A stretch of 64,000 nucleotides of DNA from assembly GCA_965644295.1 (NCBI GenBank), contig CBFFRP010000668.1, positions 64,267-128,266 on the forward strand, given 5' to 3'. Positions within the stretch are counted from its first letter, which is position 1, and the number at the start of each line of letters is the position of its first letter. Under the pieces are notes generated by a model. That model was not told the origin of the DNA, made no database searches, and worked only from the letters and a program-made list of their open reading frames with translations. Below, piece after piece: positions 25,708-38,652 of this stretch. The DNA comes from Paraphysomonas bandaiensis. Its lineage: Eukaryota; Protista; Chrysophyceae. Position numbers and translations under genes: made by a program.

Positions 25708-27273
25708 ATGATGGAGGATGTGGGAGGCAGTAGGACACACTCTTCTTCCAATTCAGTTTGGGCAACTATAAAGAAATTTGATATTTACACTAAGGTGTGT
25801 TTGGTCTCATGTGTGCGTTACACAAGTGATGTTTCCCGCCAGGTGGACGAAAATTATCGTGTTAGAACTTCCTGGGGGGCTCTATGTATGTTTTGTGTGT
25901 ATCGTTGAATGCGTCGCTTATATGTTGTATAACTAGTGAGTATTGTCGGATGGATATTAATTGCGATTCTAGTGCTTTCTGAGACGAAAGCATATTTGAC
26001 GCCAAATATAAAAGATCATATGGTTGTTGATACGACTCTTGGTCAGCAGCTTGTGATCAATATCAACATTACGTTCCATGCGCTAACATGTGCTGAGGTA
26101 TTATATATAATTTTATTCAGGATAGTGTACGAATGATTATTTAGGTTCACATTGATGCGATGGATGTGGCAGGAGACAATCAACTGAACATCGAGCATGA
26201 CATGTTGAAGCAACGCTTAAGTCCACTGGGTTTTCCCCTAGGAGACCCGTCGGTCGAAATTATTGGGGAGGTAGAAGCTGGGTTTTGTTATTTGTTTTCT
26301 ATACATAAGGTTGCACCTGCAGATTGAAGGGTCGGCTTCACTACCAGCCGACTACTGTGGCCCATGCTACGGTGCAGAATCGGAAACAACAAAGTGCGTA
26401 GTGCATTGACATTCTGCATTTGTTACTCTACATATTATTGACGTTTTTTATAGATGCTGCAATACTTGTGATGAACTGAAGCTTGCATATGAAGCGCGAG
26501 GATGGAGCACAGGAGATATTTTGAAGAAATCTGATCAATGCTTACGTGACAAAAGCAATCCTTTTGCTAACGTACACCCAGGAGAGGGTTGCCGGGTTAC
26601 AGGTTCAATGCGTGTCAACAAGGTAGCGGGAAATTTTCATATGACACTTGGAGACAGCATAGTTCGAGATGGGGCACATATTCATCAGTTTGTACCATCT
26701 GAAGCACCGGGGTTCAATGTATCTCACACCATTCATGGTATTTCATTTGGTGAACCTTACCCCTCTATGCCTCCGAACCCCCTCGATGGCGGTATGTATC
26801 ATGTTTACACCTACACTAGTTTCTCATGCATTTATACTATAGTTGTACGGATAGTCAACAACGACACAGGCACAGGACTTTTTCAATATTTTATCAAAGT
26901 GGTACCAACGCAATACACTGCAGGCCAGGCAGCTGGCCTCTTAACTAACCAGTACACTGTGACGGAGAAATTTCGACCGGTTGCAATGACTGATTATCAC
27001 AAGAGAGCGGCGTTTACGGTAAGCATCGAAACAATTACACCTTGGAGTAGCTTCCTTACTAATGCCCCATTCGTTATGCAGGCCACAGTTATTCCTGGAA
27101 TATTTTTTGTCTACGAATTATCTCCGTTTATGGTGGAGGTTAGCCGCAGCACTGTGCCTCTCTCACACTTCCTATCGAGAGTTCTCGCTATAGTTGGGGG
27201 AGTGTTTTGTTTGCTAGGCGTGTTTGATGCATTTCTGTATCGGTTTTTGAAGCTAACATCCAAAAGCGCGTGA
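25708..27273 (+). CDS. ERGIC3: ER-Golgi intermediate compartment protein 3 (Erv46 homologue), multi-exon
   Basis: KKFDIYTK|VDENYRVRT..G, YCGPCYGA..CCNTCDEL, EGCRVTGSMRVNKVAGNFH, FQYFIKVVPT, PGIFFVYELSP, AIVGGVF. Confidence 0.93.
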
Positions 27274-27475
27274 CATTCGTTTGTACCTTGAAAGTCTATG
27301 TCTGTATGTACTGATACAATGCAGTCCATTTTCAGAAGTAAGGTGACAGTAAGATATCTATTTCAAACTGGTGGGCGTCTACTAGGTCGCTATTTTCTAG
27401 TAAGTAGAATAGTTTAATGACAGGTACGACATAGTAGAAGTAATATATACAAAGAAACTGAAATGTTGCAATCAT

Positions 27476-28097
27476 CAGGGCTGCGTATCAATTAGTTATC
27501 AATTAATTGACGCAGGGTGTAGTCAATTATAATAATTGCAATTATTACTTGCTGTCTCAATTTCAACCTTACTTCTGCAATTGTAAGGACACGAGTTGAA
27601 ACAATTCCTATTCCTCCCGTATTGCACGAGCTTGGCATGCTCCTTTTCACTTGGTATTATACTTAACACTTCGGAACTAAATTCGAAAGATTGCATATGA
27701 CTAGATAGAAGCAAGTAGCGGTCAATCATGGAAAATGTGGAGCCTCTTTTCCTACAGGACAAATCTCTATTGCAGCCTCTTCGTTATTATTATCATTTAC
27801 TTTCTCAAAGAACACTCGTGCAATGACTTCTGGTGCCAGGTTGTCGCTCGTATCGCTAATTAAGTAAATGAATTACTATGTGAGATAATCTTATGGATAT
27901 TATCGTCTTTCCCCAATCTTCGATTTTTATCCTAAAAATTGGATATTTCAATAAAAATAACCGTTTTTAACAACTTTTTATCATAAAAGGGTGGTTTTTT
28001 ATATCAATTAATTGAAGCGAGCTGTAGTCAATTATAATTGCAATTTTTACTCGATGTCCCAATTTCAATAATCGACAATAATTGATACGCTGCCCTG
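27476..28097. mobile_element. Non-autonomous hAT-type element (family 2)
   Basis: 19-bp TIR CAGGGC(T/A)GCGTATCAATTA; TSD GCAATCAT/GCAATCAC (7/8). Confidence 0.85.
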
Positions 28098-29418
28098 GCA
28101 ATCACCACATTATTACAGTACACAGAATCACAGCTTACTATTCGGCGAGTACTGTGCCTTACAAAGCTCAACTTAAGGCAATCTGTTAATACTATCATCA
28201 TCTGACAAATTCTTTCCTCTACTTGTTAAAATGTAACGAGATGATATCGACATATTTCGCGTAATAAACCGATAGTTGTTTAAAGGAAAGTGTAATGTTA
28301 AAGTTAATTCTACAGTATACGGACAAGAATGGTGGGAGTCATATCATATAGATCCAAAATATTTCTTAAGGGAGTATTTTGTCATCAAGAATACAAGAAG
28401 ATCGCCTTGCAGTCTAGCGAGAATCCTGTACCTCCTGTTTACCCGGTATGTATTATACTGGGAGTGTCTGATGACATTATTTTCTTAAATGTCTTTACAA
28501 CACAGGCGTAATAGTAGATTCCTGGGCCAGGTAATCTTTCAATCAATCAAAAGTTAATAATCAGTCCATTCCAAGCCTGTGCACTGTCGCGACCAAACTA
28601 ACAGCTCCCACTGCACTGGATGTAACATGACTCTCATTGGGAATACATACTCTGACGAGTGTACTTTACAAGCCAACTGCACCGACTACATGAGCACGCA
28701 GTGAAGTGTAAGCATAAACGTCATAGAACAGTTCTGGTACAATCAACTTGCGCATAAACCTGCATACGTGCTATCCATAGAAGCAGTAGTATGGAGGGGA
28801 GAGTACAAGTGATCTAAATTCGGGTTCTCGGACTGTGCCGTGAAGTGGTATCCAACCTGCCCTCCACGATATAGCATGCATACCGCCCATGAGGGTATAT
28901 ATATATGAAGCCAGCCAACGCCGTGCATCGTATTCTGTGCTCTGTATACAAGCTACAAGCTACAAGATACAGCTGTTGTATACATTGTAGTATATGTCAT
29001 ACAGGATACAGCAGTCTGTATACATTGTAGTATATGTCATACAGGATACAGCAGTCTGTATACAGTGGAATGCAATGCTTTGCTTCTCTCTTATTTCCAG
29101 TTTTGTCCTCTTTTGTAACTCACTACTAGTGGACTGATGGTTGCTTGTCCAATAGTGGAAAATCTTGCATGACGTTATGCACAACTAAACTATCACTAGA
29201 AGTTGATCACTTGATACTAATTATAATTCCCACAATGTCTGAAGGATTGATTATGAATACACCCCCGGATGTGTTTGTGTTTGTAGATGATGCAATCGAT
29301 GTCACAGTGAGTTATGTCAACACAACAACTGAAGATTCCACTCTGATATGCAGGTATAGAAGATATAATACAACAACAATGTTTTTCTGTTGTACTCATA
29401 TGCGTGCTTCAGAGATAC

Positions 29419-32400
29419 TGTAGGACTATCCACTTACATATAGAATATATACGTGTACATGTCCTGTATTATATGATTAGTAGTACAGTACTGTATTGTA
29501 TACGTGTACCATGTAGTTAGGAATACAAACTGTAGGGAATGTGATTGTTGGGATTAGCAATAGCCGTTGATATTGTAGACAGTATTATTAGCCGTTGATA
29601 TTGTAGACAGTATTATTAGCCGTTGATATTGTAGACAGTATTATTCATGATTCATTATACGATAATAATCATTATTTTGTACTTCTGTACTTGGGTATTG
29701 CTTTGCACACATACACATATGTATGCAAGCCCACAGTAATATTACTTAATAAGTAGTACTCAATCTCTGTGATATAACAATATTATGGGGGAAAGTAAGA
29801 GAAGCAAAATAAAAGCAGCTCCTCAAATAGAGGAATTGTTAGCTGCTTCGGGTTCTTCGTCTAAAAAGACGAAAAGAGAGAGAGAATCCTCTCGAAAACG
29901 AGCAAGAGATGCAACAACATCATCTCAAATGCAATCTTCTCCTCAAACTGAAACATCGGTAGAGGCGGAAGGAGAATTGAGTGGAGTATCATTTCGTGAG
30001 CTCTCTTCTTCTCAACCAAAGAGAAAGAAGCAAAGGAGTGGAGATCCGCACCCCAACAGGAGTGAGCGCATTGACTTGAATGAAGTCATTGCGACGGAAT
30101 CCACTCCACATGAAGTAATCAATACCGACTCTATTCCCTACTTAGGTAGTGTGCAAGATGAGGATATCATCGAATTTTGTGAAAATCTCTCGAAAAGAGA
30201 TCCTAAAGGGACAAAATTCATAAGGTCAGAAATCATGGCACCAACAGTGCGTGATATGCTTCAGTTTCAGCGACAGCAGGATTTTGGAGATGAGTCTGAC
30301 GAGGACTGGCTAGATCCAAACATTGTAACTACTGAGGAATTGATTCAGTGGTTAAAGCAAGCCTTTCTAGAGGAAGAGGAGCGATACTCTGATACATTGG
30401 AGCCTCTTCCTAGGTTCATAGATAATATCATTGGACCAAAGGTTAAGGTGGATATTCATGTTCCTAAAGTATTCTTAAAAGAATATGGACGTCTGAATGA
30501 GCTTTATAAGCTCATTCCGGAGGCAAGTCTCACAGAGGTAGCCTCGGATACCATAGTCAAAACCCTCAAGAAAAACATTAAACTTGTGGGCGGACATTCC
30601 TTCAGAAAGGATGCCAAAGAGAAATTTATAGCGGATATAGGCCAAGGTCAATCTGCACCAAAAGATTTCGGAGCATTCTGTAGAAAGGTGCGAGAGCTTA
30701 ACAATGACTATAGTCAAGCTGTGAGAAAAGTAAAGAGGATGGAAACTAAATTGGATTCCAAAGAAACGTCTAAGTCTAACAAGTCTAAGACTACAAAAAC
30801 TTCATCCTCCAGCTCATCCTCAAGTACTAAAGCAACAACTGATACTAAGGAAGCATGTTGGATATGCGGTAATCTTCATAAAGGTGACTGCACCCGCAAA
30901 ACCTGTGCATGGGCTAACCATGAAAAGAAGCCATGGAAAGATTCCACACAGGGCAAAAAATATGCGGCTATGGGTTGGAGTACCTGCCCTTATGTGGAGA
31001 ATCCTGATGGTCCTCCGAGATCGAAAACAAGTAAGTTATCATGCCCTAAGTGTTTATATATAAATGCTATTGACATGAATAATGATATGCTCGATGTCTT
31101 TGTATATCCTAAAGCTGATGTCAATGTACAACAGGTAAAGGAAAATCTAAGGGCTAAAGCCTTATTGGACACGGGGGCTACTGGGAATAATTTCATTAAC
31201 CAAGAACTTGCTGATATGTTAGTTGCTAGGTATAATATTCCATTGCACGAGTGTAACATTAAAATTTGTAGTGCGCTTGATAATGCTTGTTGTAGTAGCA
31301 AGCAATATATGATAATAACTATAAGATTAACTGATGAGTATAACAATACTCTTGATATTGAGTTGCAATGTTTGATAATAGATAGCACCTTTGATATCAT
31401 AATTGGTAGAGAAACTATCAAGAAATATAGATTAGTTGATCATTTTCCATCTCACTTTATGGAAAGAGAGTTAGCAGGGAAAATGCTAGCTACGGCCGCG
31501 GGCCATGCTGAGAAGACTCAGCTTCTCTCGGAACATATTAGTGAGAGAGCCACATGTTATAATAACATGGAAACATTAAGGCGCCAAGCTAAGGAACACC
31601 TTAGTTATAATAATAATTTACTTACAAGTAATAGCTTGGTTAGTACTATGTATTCACCTCCAATATCATCCATGCGTATAAGTGCATATGAAAAGGAAGA
31701 TATAGGCGAGATTAGAGATAACTATCTGGAGTCAATCCCAGAAGAAATAGTTACAAATACTCAGGAAAAAGTAGAAGGTACTACGTTACCAACTAAAATC
31801 TCTGGTCCCGAATCTTTACAAAGGAGGGTGAGAGAAATCCATGAAATCTATAAGGATAGATTTAGAACCACAGTGTCGGATATGCCAATGGATGTTCCAC
31901 CTTTTGAATTAGAGGTAGATAGGGATGCTTGGGAACAACCAAAACATTGTGGTCCGCCACGAAAGATGGATCGAGTACGACAGTATGCTTGTAAAAAGCA
32001 AATCGATACATTTGTGGAGCATGGAATAATACAACCAAGTACGGCTCCTTATTATAGCCAGGTATTATTAGTTCCCAAACCAAATGATAAATGGCGATTC
32101 TGTGTAGACTATAAAGGTCTAAACAAGCACACACAGAGGGAACGTTGGCCAATACCTAACATCAAAGAAATGTTAGAACGTATTGGGTCTAAGAAACCCA
32201 AATACTTCATAATTCTGGATTTAGTATCTGGTTATTACCAGGCTAAAATTTCAGAGTACTCGAGAAAGTGGACGGCATTTATAACCTTCTGGGGAGTATT
32301 CGAATGGCTCCGACTACCCATGGGTTTGAGTGGTGCTCCATCATACTTTCAACGAGTATTAACAACAATTGTGCTTGCCGGGTTGATTATGTTCATATGT

Positions 32401-34999
32401 GAATTATATCTAGATGACCTGATTATATATGCTTCTACAGAAGATGAACTAATTGAAAATTACGTTAAAGTTCTAGAACGCTTCAGGAAATACAATGTTT
32501 ACATTAATCCTGAGAAAGTGAAAATAGGAGAGTCCGAAGTACAATATGTAGGACATACTCTAAATGAGGAAGGGTTACACTTTACTAGAGAACGTCTGGA
32601 TAGTGTATTAAATTTCCCAAAGCCTGAAACTATGAAGGGTCTAAAATCTTTCCTCGGATTGGCAAATTATTTTCGGGATCACGTGCACAACCACTCCTTA
32701 GTGGTGAGACCGTTAAATAAAATGCTTCTCAACTATCATAGACGTAAACGTCTACAATGGACAGAGGATGCCAATGAAGCATTTGAAAAGATCAAATTGA
32801 TGATCCATGAATGTCCAACATTATTTTTCATTGATGACGAGTCACCAATATATTTATTGACCGATGCATCTGATTATGGAATAGGAGCATACCTCTACCA
32901 AGTAGTAGATGGTGTAGAACGTCCAATAGGATTTCTCAGTAAAACATTCGATGAAAGAATGATGAATTGGGATACACCTCAGAAAGAAGGATATGCTAAA
33001 TACTATGCCTTAGATAAATGGGACTACCTATTAAGGTATAGATACTTTACGATCAAAACAGATCATAAAAATATTACTCAGTTGAGAACTGATTACGCTA
33101 AGGATAAGAAAGTTCAGCGATGGTTGAAATGTTTCCAAGCATATGATTATGATCTATGTGATATTAAAGGATCTGATAATGTTGTTGCTGATGCATTTAG
33201 TAGACTATGTGCATTAGAATCTAAAATGGAAACAAAATGTGCTTCCCTAATTCCCGATATTAAAGTTCCAAACAAGGAATGGGAAATTATTAAAAGATTT
33301 CATAACAATGTTACAGGTCATCATGGTATTGATCGTACAATACAAAAATTACGAGACAATGGTCATAAATGGTCAAAGCAAGGGGCACATGTGACAAAAT
33401 TTATTAAAACTTGTCCTTGTTGTCAAAAGATGAGTAGAATTAAACCAATAATTAATGCTCATCCCTTTACTGTCTCAACATATGGCCCGATGCAAAGAAT
33501 AGCAGTGGATTTTATTCAGAGTCTGCATCCAGATGAGGATGGATACACTAATATATTAGTGATTATCGATTCTTTTTCTAGGTGGGTAGAATTAATCCCT
33601 ACTAAGAATCTCACTGCCATGGCGGCGGCAAAGGGATTGCTTCAACACCTGGGTAGATATGGAGCACCTATTGAGATTCATTCGGATCTTGGACCAGCAT
33701 TTGTGGATGATTTAACAAAATCATTGATAGAAATGGTTGGAAGTAATCAATCATTTTCGATGGCGTATTCTAAAGAAGAAAATGCTATAGTGGAACGTGC
33801 TAATAAAGAAATTTTAAGGCACTTAAGAAATATTATATTTGATAAAAATGTACTAAATAATTGGTCAATGTATCTACCTTTAGTACAAAGAATTATGAAT
33901 TCTTCTAAACATAGAAGCACCGGCGTTACTCCCGCTAGTATTCTATTTGGGAATGCAGTAGATTTAGATAAGAGTTTATTCATTGAACACAATGAGAACT
34001 TGGACGGGAACGAACAAAAGCTATCACATTGGATAGATAGAATACAAAAGGTTCAGTCCACTATTATGGATGTTGCAAGACGAAATCTTCGCAAACATGA
34101 TGAAATCCACATGGCAACTGCACCAAATATACAAACAAAAGAATTTCCAATAAATTCTTATGTGTTAGTTGAGCATAGACAAAATGCTTTACGTCCTGGA
34201 CCGGCAAGTAAGTTATTACCATATCTTAAAGGTCCAATGCGAGTAGTCAATGTTATTGGAGACAAATATACTCTTCAAGATATTGTTACTAAACGTAATA
34301 AAGACTATCATATAAAGAAATTAAGGGAATTTAATTACGATCCCTCTACTATTGACCCCTTACAAGTGGCATGTAAAGATGGTGGAAACTTTTATGCTAT
34401 TGACCATATTTCAAAAATAAAAGGTCGAGCTAAAGGTCCGAAAAGTCAAATAAAATTTCTAGTACATTGGATAGGGTATGAAAAACCTACATGGGAACCA
34501 TGGGCTAACGTTAGAAAAACGTATGCTCTACAAAATTTCCTAACTCAACATCCTGATGAAAATGTAAGAAATTTACTACCTCGAAATGTGGTTTATTCTT
34601 CTGATGAAGAAGATTAATAACAAAGTTTACAGAATTGAGTGTCAATATAACACATTAACACATCAATTATAAGGGGAGGTAGTGTAGGACTATCCACTTA
34701 CATATAGAATATATACGTGTACATGTCCTGTATTATATGATTAGTAGTACAGTACTGTATTGTATACGTGTACCATGTAGTTAGGAATACAAACTGTAGG
34801 GAATGTGATTGTTGGGATTAGCAATAGCCGTTGATATTGTAGACAGTATTATTAGCCGTTGATATTGTAGACAGTATTATTAGCCGTTGATATTGTAGAC
34901 AGTATTATTCATGATTCATTATACGATAATAATCATTATTTTGTACTTCTGTACTTGGGTATTGCTTTGCACACATACACATATGTATGCAAGCCCACA
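29419..34999 (+). mobile_element. Intact Ty3/gypsy chromovirus LTR retrotransposon
   Basis: 317-bp TG..CA LTRs (29419-29735, 34683-34999) that appear identical, 4-bp TSD ATAC, PPT AAGGGGAGGTAG, 3 x 28-bp tandem repeat in each LTR. Confidence 0.97.
29785..34617 (+). CDS. Gag-Pol polyprotein (zinc knuckle, protease, RT, RNase H, integrase, chromodomain)
   Basis: CWICGNLHKGDC, LLDTGA, YLDD, TDASDYGIGAYL, HHCC/DDE integrase after RNase H, FLVHWIGYEKPTWEPWANV. Confidence 0.97.
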   Translation: MGESKRSKIKAAPQIEELLAASGSSSKKTKRERESSRKRARDATTSSQMQSSPQTETSVEAEGELSGVSFRELSSSQPKRKKQRSGDPHPNRSERIDLNEVIATESTPHEVINTDSIPYLGSVQDEDIIEFCENLSKRDPKGTKFIRSEIMAPTVRDMLQFQRQQDFGDESDEDWLDPNIVTTEELIQWLKQAFLEEEERYSDTLEPLPRFIDNIIGPKVKVDIHVPKVFLKEYGRLNELYKLIPEASLTEVASDTIVKTLKKNIKLVGGHSFRKDAKEKFIADIGQGQSAPKDFGAFCRKVRELNNDYSQAVRKVKRMETKLDSKETSKSNKSKTTKTSSSSSSSSTKATTDTKEACWICGNLHKGDCTRKTCAWANHEKKPWKDSTQGKKYAAMGWSTCPYVENPDGPPRSKTSKLSCPKCLYINAIDMNNDMLDVFVYPKADVNVQQVKENLRAKALLDTGATGNNFINQELADMLVARYNIPLHECNIKICSALDNACCSSKQYMIITIRLTDEYNNTLDIELQCLIIDSTFDIIIGRETIKKYRLVDHFPSHFMERELAGKMLATAAGHAEKTQLLSEHISERATCYNNMETLRRQAKEHLSYNNNLLTSNSLVSTMYSPPISSMRISAYEKEDIGEIRDNYLESIPEEIVTNTQEKVEGTTLPTKISGPESLQRRVREIHEIYKDRFRTTVSDMPMDVPPFELEVDRDAWEQPKHCGPPRKMDRVRQYACKKQIDTFVEHGIIQPSTAPYYSQVLLVPKPNDKWRFCVDYKGLNKHTQRERWPIPNIKEMLERIGSKKPKYFIILDLVSGYYQAKISEYSRKWTAFITFWGVFEWLRLPMGLSGAPSYFQRVLTTIVLAGLIMFICELYLDDLIIYASTEDELIENYVKVLERFRKYNVYINPEKVKIGESEVQYVGHTLNEEGLHFTRERLDSVLNFPKPETMKGLKSFLGLANYFRDHVHNHSLVVRPLNKMLLNYHRRKRLQWTEDANEAFEKIKLMIHECPTLFFIDDESPIYLLTDASDYGIGAYLYQVVDGVERPIGFLSKTFDERMMNWDTPQKEGYAKYYALDKWDYLLRYRYFTIKTDHKNITQLRTDYAKDKKVQRWLKCFQAYDYDLCDIKGSDNVVADAFSRLCALESKMETKCASLIPDIKVPNKEWEIIKRFHNNVTGHHGIDRTIQKLRDNGHKWSKQGAHVTKFIKTCPCCQKMSRIKPIINAHPFTVSTYGPMQRIAVDFIQSLHPDEDGYTNILVIIDSFSRWVELIPTKNLTAMAAAKGLLQHLGRYGAPIEIHSDLGPAFVDDLTKSLIEMVGSNQSFSMAYSKEENAIVERANKEILRHLRNIIFDKNVLNNWSMYLPLVQRIMNSSKHRSTGVTPASILFGNAVDLDKSLFIEHNENLDGNEQKLSHWIDRIQKVQSTIMDVARRNLRKHDEIHMATAPNIQTKEFPINSYVLVEHRQNALRPGPASKLLPYLKGPMRVVNVIGDKYTLQDIVTKRNKDYHIKKLREFNYDPSTIDPLQVACKDGGNFYAIDHISKIKGRAKGPKSQIKFLVHWIGYEKPTWEPWANVRKTYALQNFLTQHPDENVRNLLPRNVVYSSDEED

Positions 35000-36680
35000 A
35001 TACTACTTTGCCCATCAAAGTGGAAGTTTTGGATGCATCAGATCCGGAATACAAACTGGTAGGGTCTGAGGCTCTCTCATCTATAATATAACATACTACA
35101 TACAGGACATTGAAACTATACCAAATTTAAGCATTTCTTCTTCCGGATATGTCAAATTTCCAATAAGAGTAAAGGAAAGTGGCAAGTGTATTCGAATTCG
35201 TGCAATGACCACCGATGGCCACTTGAGTTGTGAATCATCTCAAACCTACCGTGTCATACAGGCAAAGCTACATATTGAAAATATTGATGAAATACCAAAA
35301 ATGTATTACACTAGACCTAAAACAAACAATGATATCAAGGTGGTTGTATGCGTCAAAGATAAGTTTGGAAATCACGTTGATGAATCGATATCACGTAATA
35401 TTAACTGCGTTGTTCAGTGTAATGCCGATAATACATCTAAAGTTCCAATAAAGCTCACACTGAATCAAGAGCAAGGTTTTATAAATGGAAAATGTACTAT
35501 AAGATTTAGAATCGAATCACTTTCTAGTGCACATGGTAATAGTGCATTTGTGGTCCGTATATCCAGTTCGGACATGAACCAGTGCGTTGGGTATACCGAA
35601 TTGCATCCTATAGTTGTGAAGGCAAAGCACCATGGCAAAAATGCGCAGTGCCATGAATATAAGACAAAAAGAATCCGAACGGATGACTGCAATGGTTACA
35701 GTGCACCTAAAATCAACGAATTGCGGCAATCTGGAAATAACAAAAACTCCTTGAGGAGTCACGAGCTAAAGGAAAAACGAATCAAAACAAACGAGATGAA
35801 TTATCACAGTGCACCTAAAATAAGCAAATCGTTTCAAGCTGGAAAATGGCTAAATTCATCTTTAGACGTTCCTGAAGAATTTTCTCAATGGAAGAAAATT
35901 ATGGAGTATTATATGTGCCATGACAGAGACGATATCCAAACACAAAGCAGTGAAAGCGAAAATGATATTGAGACCGGGTTGTCTTTCGATTTTGACGAAG
36001 TTGTAAGTTTTATGGAGGGGGTATAAGGGCCATTAAATGAGGAATGTTGAGTTTTGCTGTTTAGTGAGCAATTAATTTGTGTAATTCTATGTATTAGAAT
36101 ACAGTGGGAGTTGACTGTACCATAAAAACTAACAACGTGAGCTGTTGTGGTAATGAAACTGAAATATATTGTCTGTACAAGATATTGACGGTATGAGATC
36201 GTACTAGAAAGAGTTGGTGTAGAAGAGATAAATAAGTTGGGGAATGATGTCTGGTGTTATTTATTTTTTTACAGATTTAAGTGATCACCTATGTTGCATT
36301 ACGTACATATTACATAACCTGCTAGCTGTTAGCAATGTCAACTTCCAATAAGGAACACATGTAGTTGTGTACATTTATATGGCCATGGAAAATTGAAAAT
36401 ATTTATATCTACTAGCTTCCGACGATAAAATATCTAGAGCTCGGCTGTAACTATGCAACTATAGTCAGTGACACTCGGAATAGTAAATGACAGTGTGGAA
36501 TAAACTAATGGACGAGTAGAATTCAAATTGCTCGCTATATTTTTGCTGCAACTACGGCTAACTGTTTGTACAAAGAATAAATATGTGATAACGACGAATA
36601 TTTTGTAAGCCAGCAATGAAATTTGTTACTTCACGACGCACTGCGATTTAACGACACTAGACTGCAATTTAGGTCACTTA

Positions 36681-37199
36681 TTTTAGGCACATACTTGTGA
36701 TTCTGTTCACGCTTTACAAAGTCTCAATTATTATTCGTCGCTTTATAAAATTCGCCGGTATACATCTCATATTTCTGGATACTGTGCATACCAGACAATG
36801 TTCCGTTTCTATCCTAGAACTGTTCAATACTCTGATAAGGAATACCACAAAAAAATTCAAATACATAATATTCGTAACATCAATATACACTCGTTATAGA
36901 GCCATTTAAGAACTCCTCCTAGACAATAGCATCAAGCAACCATTCAAAAATCCCGAAGTCAGTCATTGTTTGTGGCGCTTCTGAGTATGAACTGGCGCAT
37001 CTTCTATACTGCACTGTCTCAAAAGTTTGAATCATTTTACGTGCCATGAGAAGTACATGAGATGGGTATATCAAAAAATGGCATATTCCACTGTAGTCAC
37101 ACTGATAACTTCCTTTACTTCCCTGTATACATACATCACAGCATCGTAAACAACAACAGCAAGAAGATAAAACACATCGCACTGATACCTGATGGCATA
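36681..37199. repeat. 519-bp host segment, copy 1 of direct duplication
   Basis: Appears identical to 47429-47947. Confidence 0.95.
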
Positions 37200-38652
37200 C
37201 CTTGATCTCTTCCTGCGTCCTGGGCTGGCTCGGATCTCGCGGGGCGCGATGTCGAAAAGATGCCCCGTACACCTGAGCAAGGTCATGACATAGGTGATAC
37301 AATCGGTCTGGACCAGGCGCGAAGGTCAAAATGGGTAGGTCCGAGCTCTGGTCCTTGGGAGTCAATGTAAAGAAATCCCCGACCTCACTGTCAAACTGAA
37401 TGCTGTATCTCTCGGCAAGTCGGTGTTGTGACAGTATGTTGATCCTACACTCGGGTGCAAAGTAGCATTGTCCGAATAGTCGATGCGTGCCGACGCATTT
37501 CGAGGTAATACCAGACCCGATCCCATTGACTGAAATAGGACTTATGGTCTTGAGGTCGGACAGCCCTGAGGTAGATTTCACAACTGAGACATTGGCGCCA
37601 CTGTCGATGATGTAGTCGTCTATGTCTCCAGAATCTACACCGACAGTGGAACAGAGAGATACCCACTCGGAGTCCGACTGAGCGAATGACACTGACTTCT
37701 CGCTCTGGCTGCGCTGACTCTGAAATTTCTTCTTAGTGTGCGCGGGCTTCTTGAGTATTCCCTTGTTCTGACGAGGTGGATTCGTATTGGGGTTCTTTGC
37801 TCTCCATCTCTTCAGTGAAAAACATTCTTGGGCAGAGTGGCCTGTCTTATCGCAAAAGGCACATTGGATCTGCTTCTGGTCGTCGTGGTCGGCGGCATGA
37901 TGGGCGAATGCAGAGTCTTGATCGCGTGGAGTCTTTCGAACGTGTAGTCCTACTTGGCGCGATGACTGAGAGAAACGGTCGATCCTGCGCTTCGCATCCT
38001 CCAGCGTTGCCGGGAACCGATCCGTGTCCATCTCGGTCAGCATTTCGGTCACTATTTGGCCAAAGGTCGCGACATTCAGGCTGAGCAAATAAGTATAGAT
38101 CACCCACTTCGGCTCTGGATCGATCTGCATGTCTTCACAGATCTGGAGCTTCTGATCGAATCGTGCGTGATGTTCGGCTAGACTCTGAGATCCCTGCTTC
38201 AGCGCTTGGAGTCTCGACTTTGCCTTCTCCTTCTCTAAGAATGAGGCCTCCTTGCCAGCAAAGGTATGTGACTTGATCACCAGCTTCCAAAGCGTGAGGG
38301 GGCAGCGGCTTTCGATGACTTCTGCGTATTCATCGATGTGGCTCTCCATTTGAGTGATGGAGGCCTCGGACATATGTAGAATTATGTCTCCGTAGAGCCT
38401 AGTGGTAGACTCTTCAAAACGCTCAACCTTCTTGGTGTGTGCGAGGTATTTGGTCTTGATGATCTCAAACTCCATGTCTTTATGCTTCGGGAACGCTTCC
38501 GGCATTGGGAACTCGTTCTCGATGTACTCTGGCATGCTGCCTGTATCGAGCATGGTCCCAGCATCTCCGTAATGAGTGATGGCGTATGTCAAGAATTGTC
38601 TGCGCCATGTGGATAGGTTATTCGGAGTGTAAGTCAGCTTTCCGACGTCCAT
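37200..38652 (-). CDS. Copia A gag-protease, 3'-truncated
   Basis: CAFCDKTGHSAQEC knuckle, IIDSGANVSV protease; breaks after TQEEIK into host sequence. Confidence 0.88.

Larger units (their letters stand above)
29235..36026 (+). pseudogene. Host gene (CudA-like beta-sandwich putative DNA-binding protein) disrupted in exon 2 by the gypsy element
   Basis: Removing the element plus one TSD restores the frame: ..TLICR|DTTLPIKVEVLDASDPEYKL|DIETIPNL..AMTTDGH into ORF 35205-36026. FRIESLSSAHGNSAFVVRI..PIVVKAK resembles CudA-type domains (recall only). Confidence 0.75.

Noticed and set aside
28977-29063. 40-bp tandem duplication upstream of the CudA-like gene
   Set aside because: Simple local slippage; only notable for carrying near-matches to the upstream motif.
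29561-29644. 3 x 28-bp repeats resembling a CRISPR array
   Set aside because: Contiguous with no spacers, inside an LTR, eukaryotic context.
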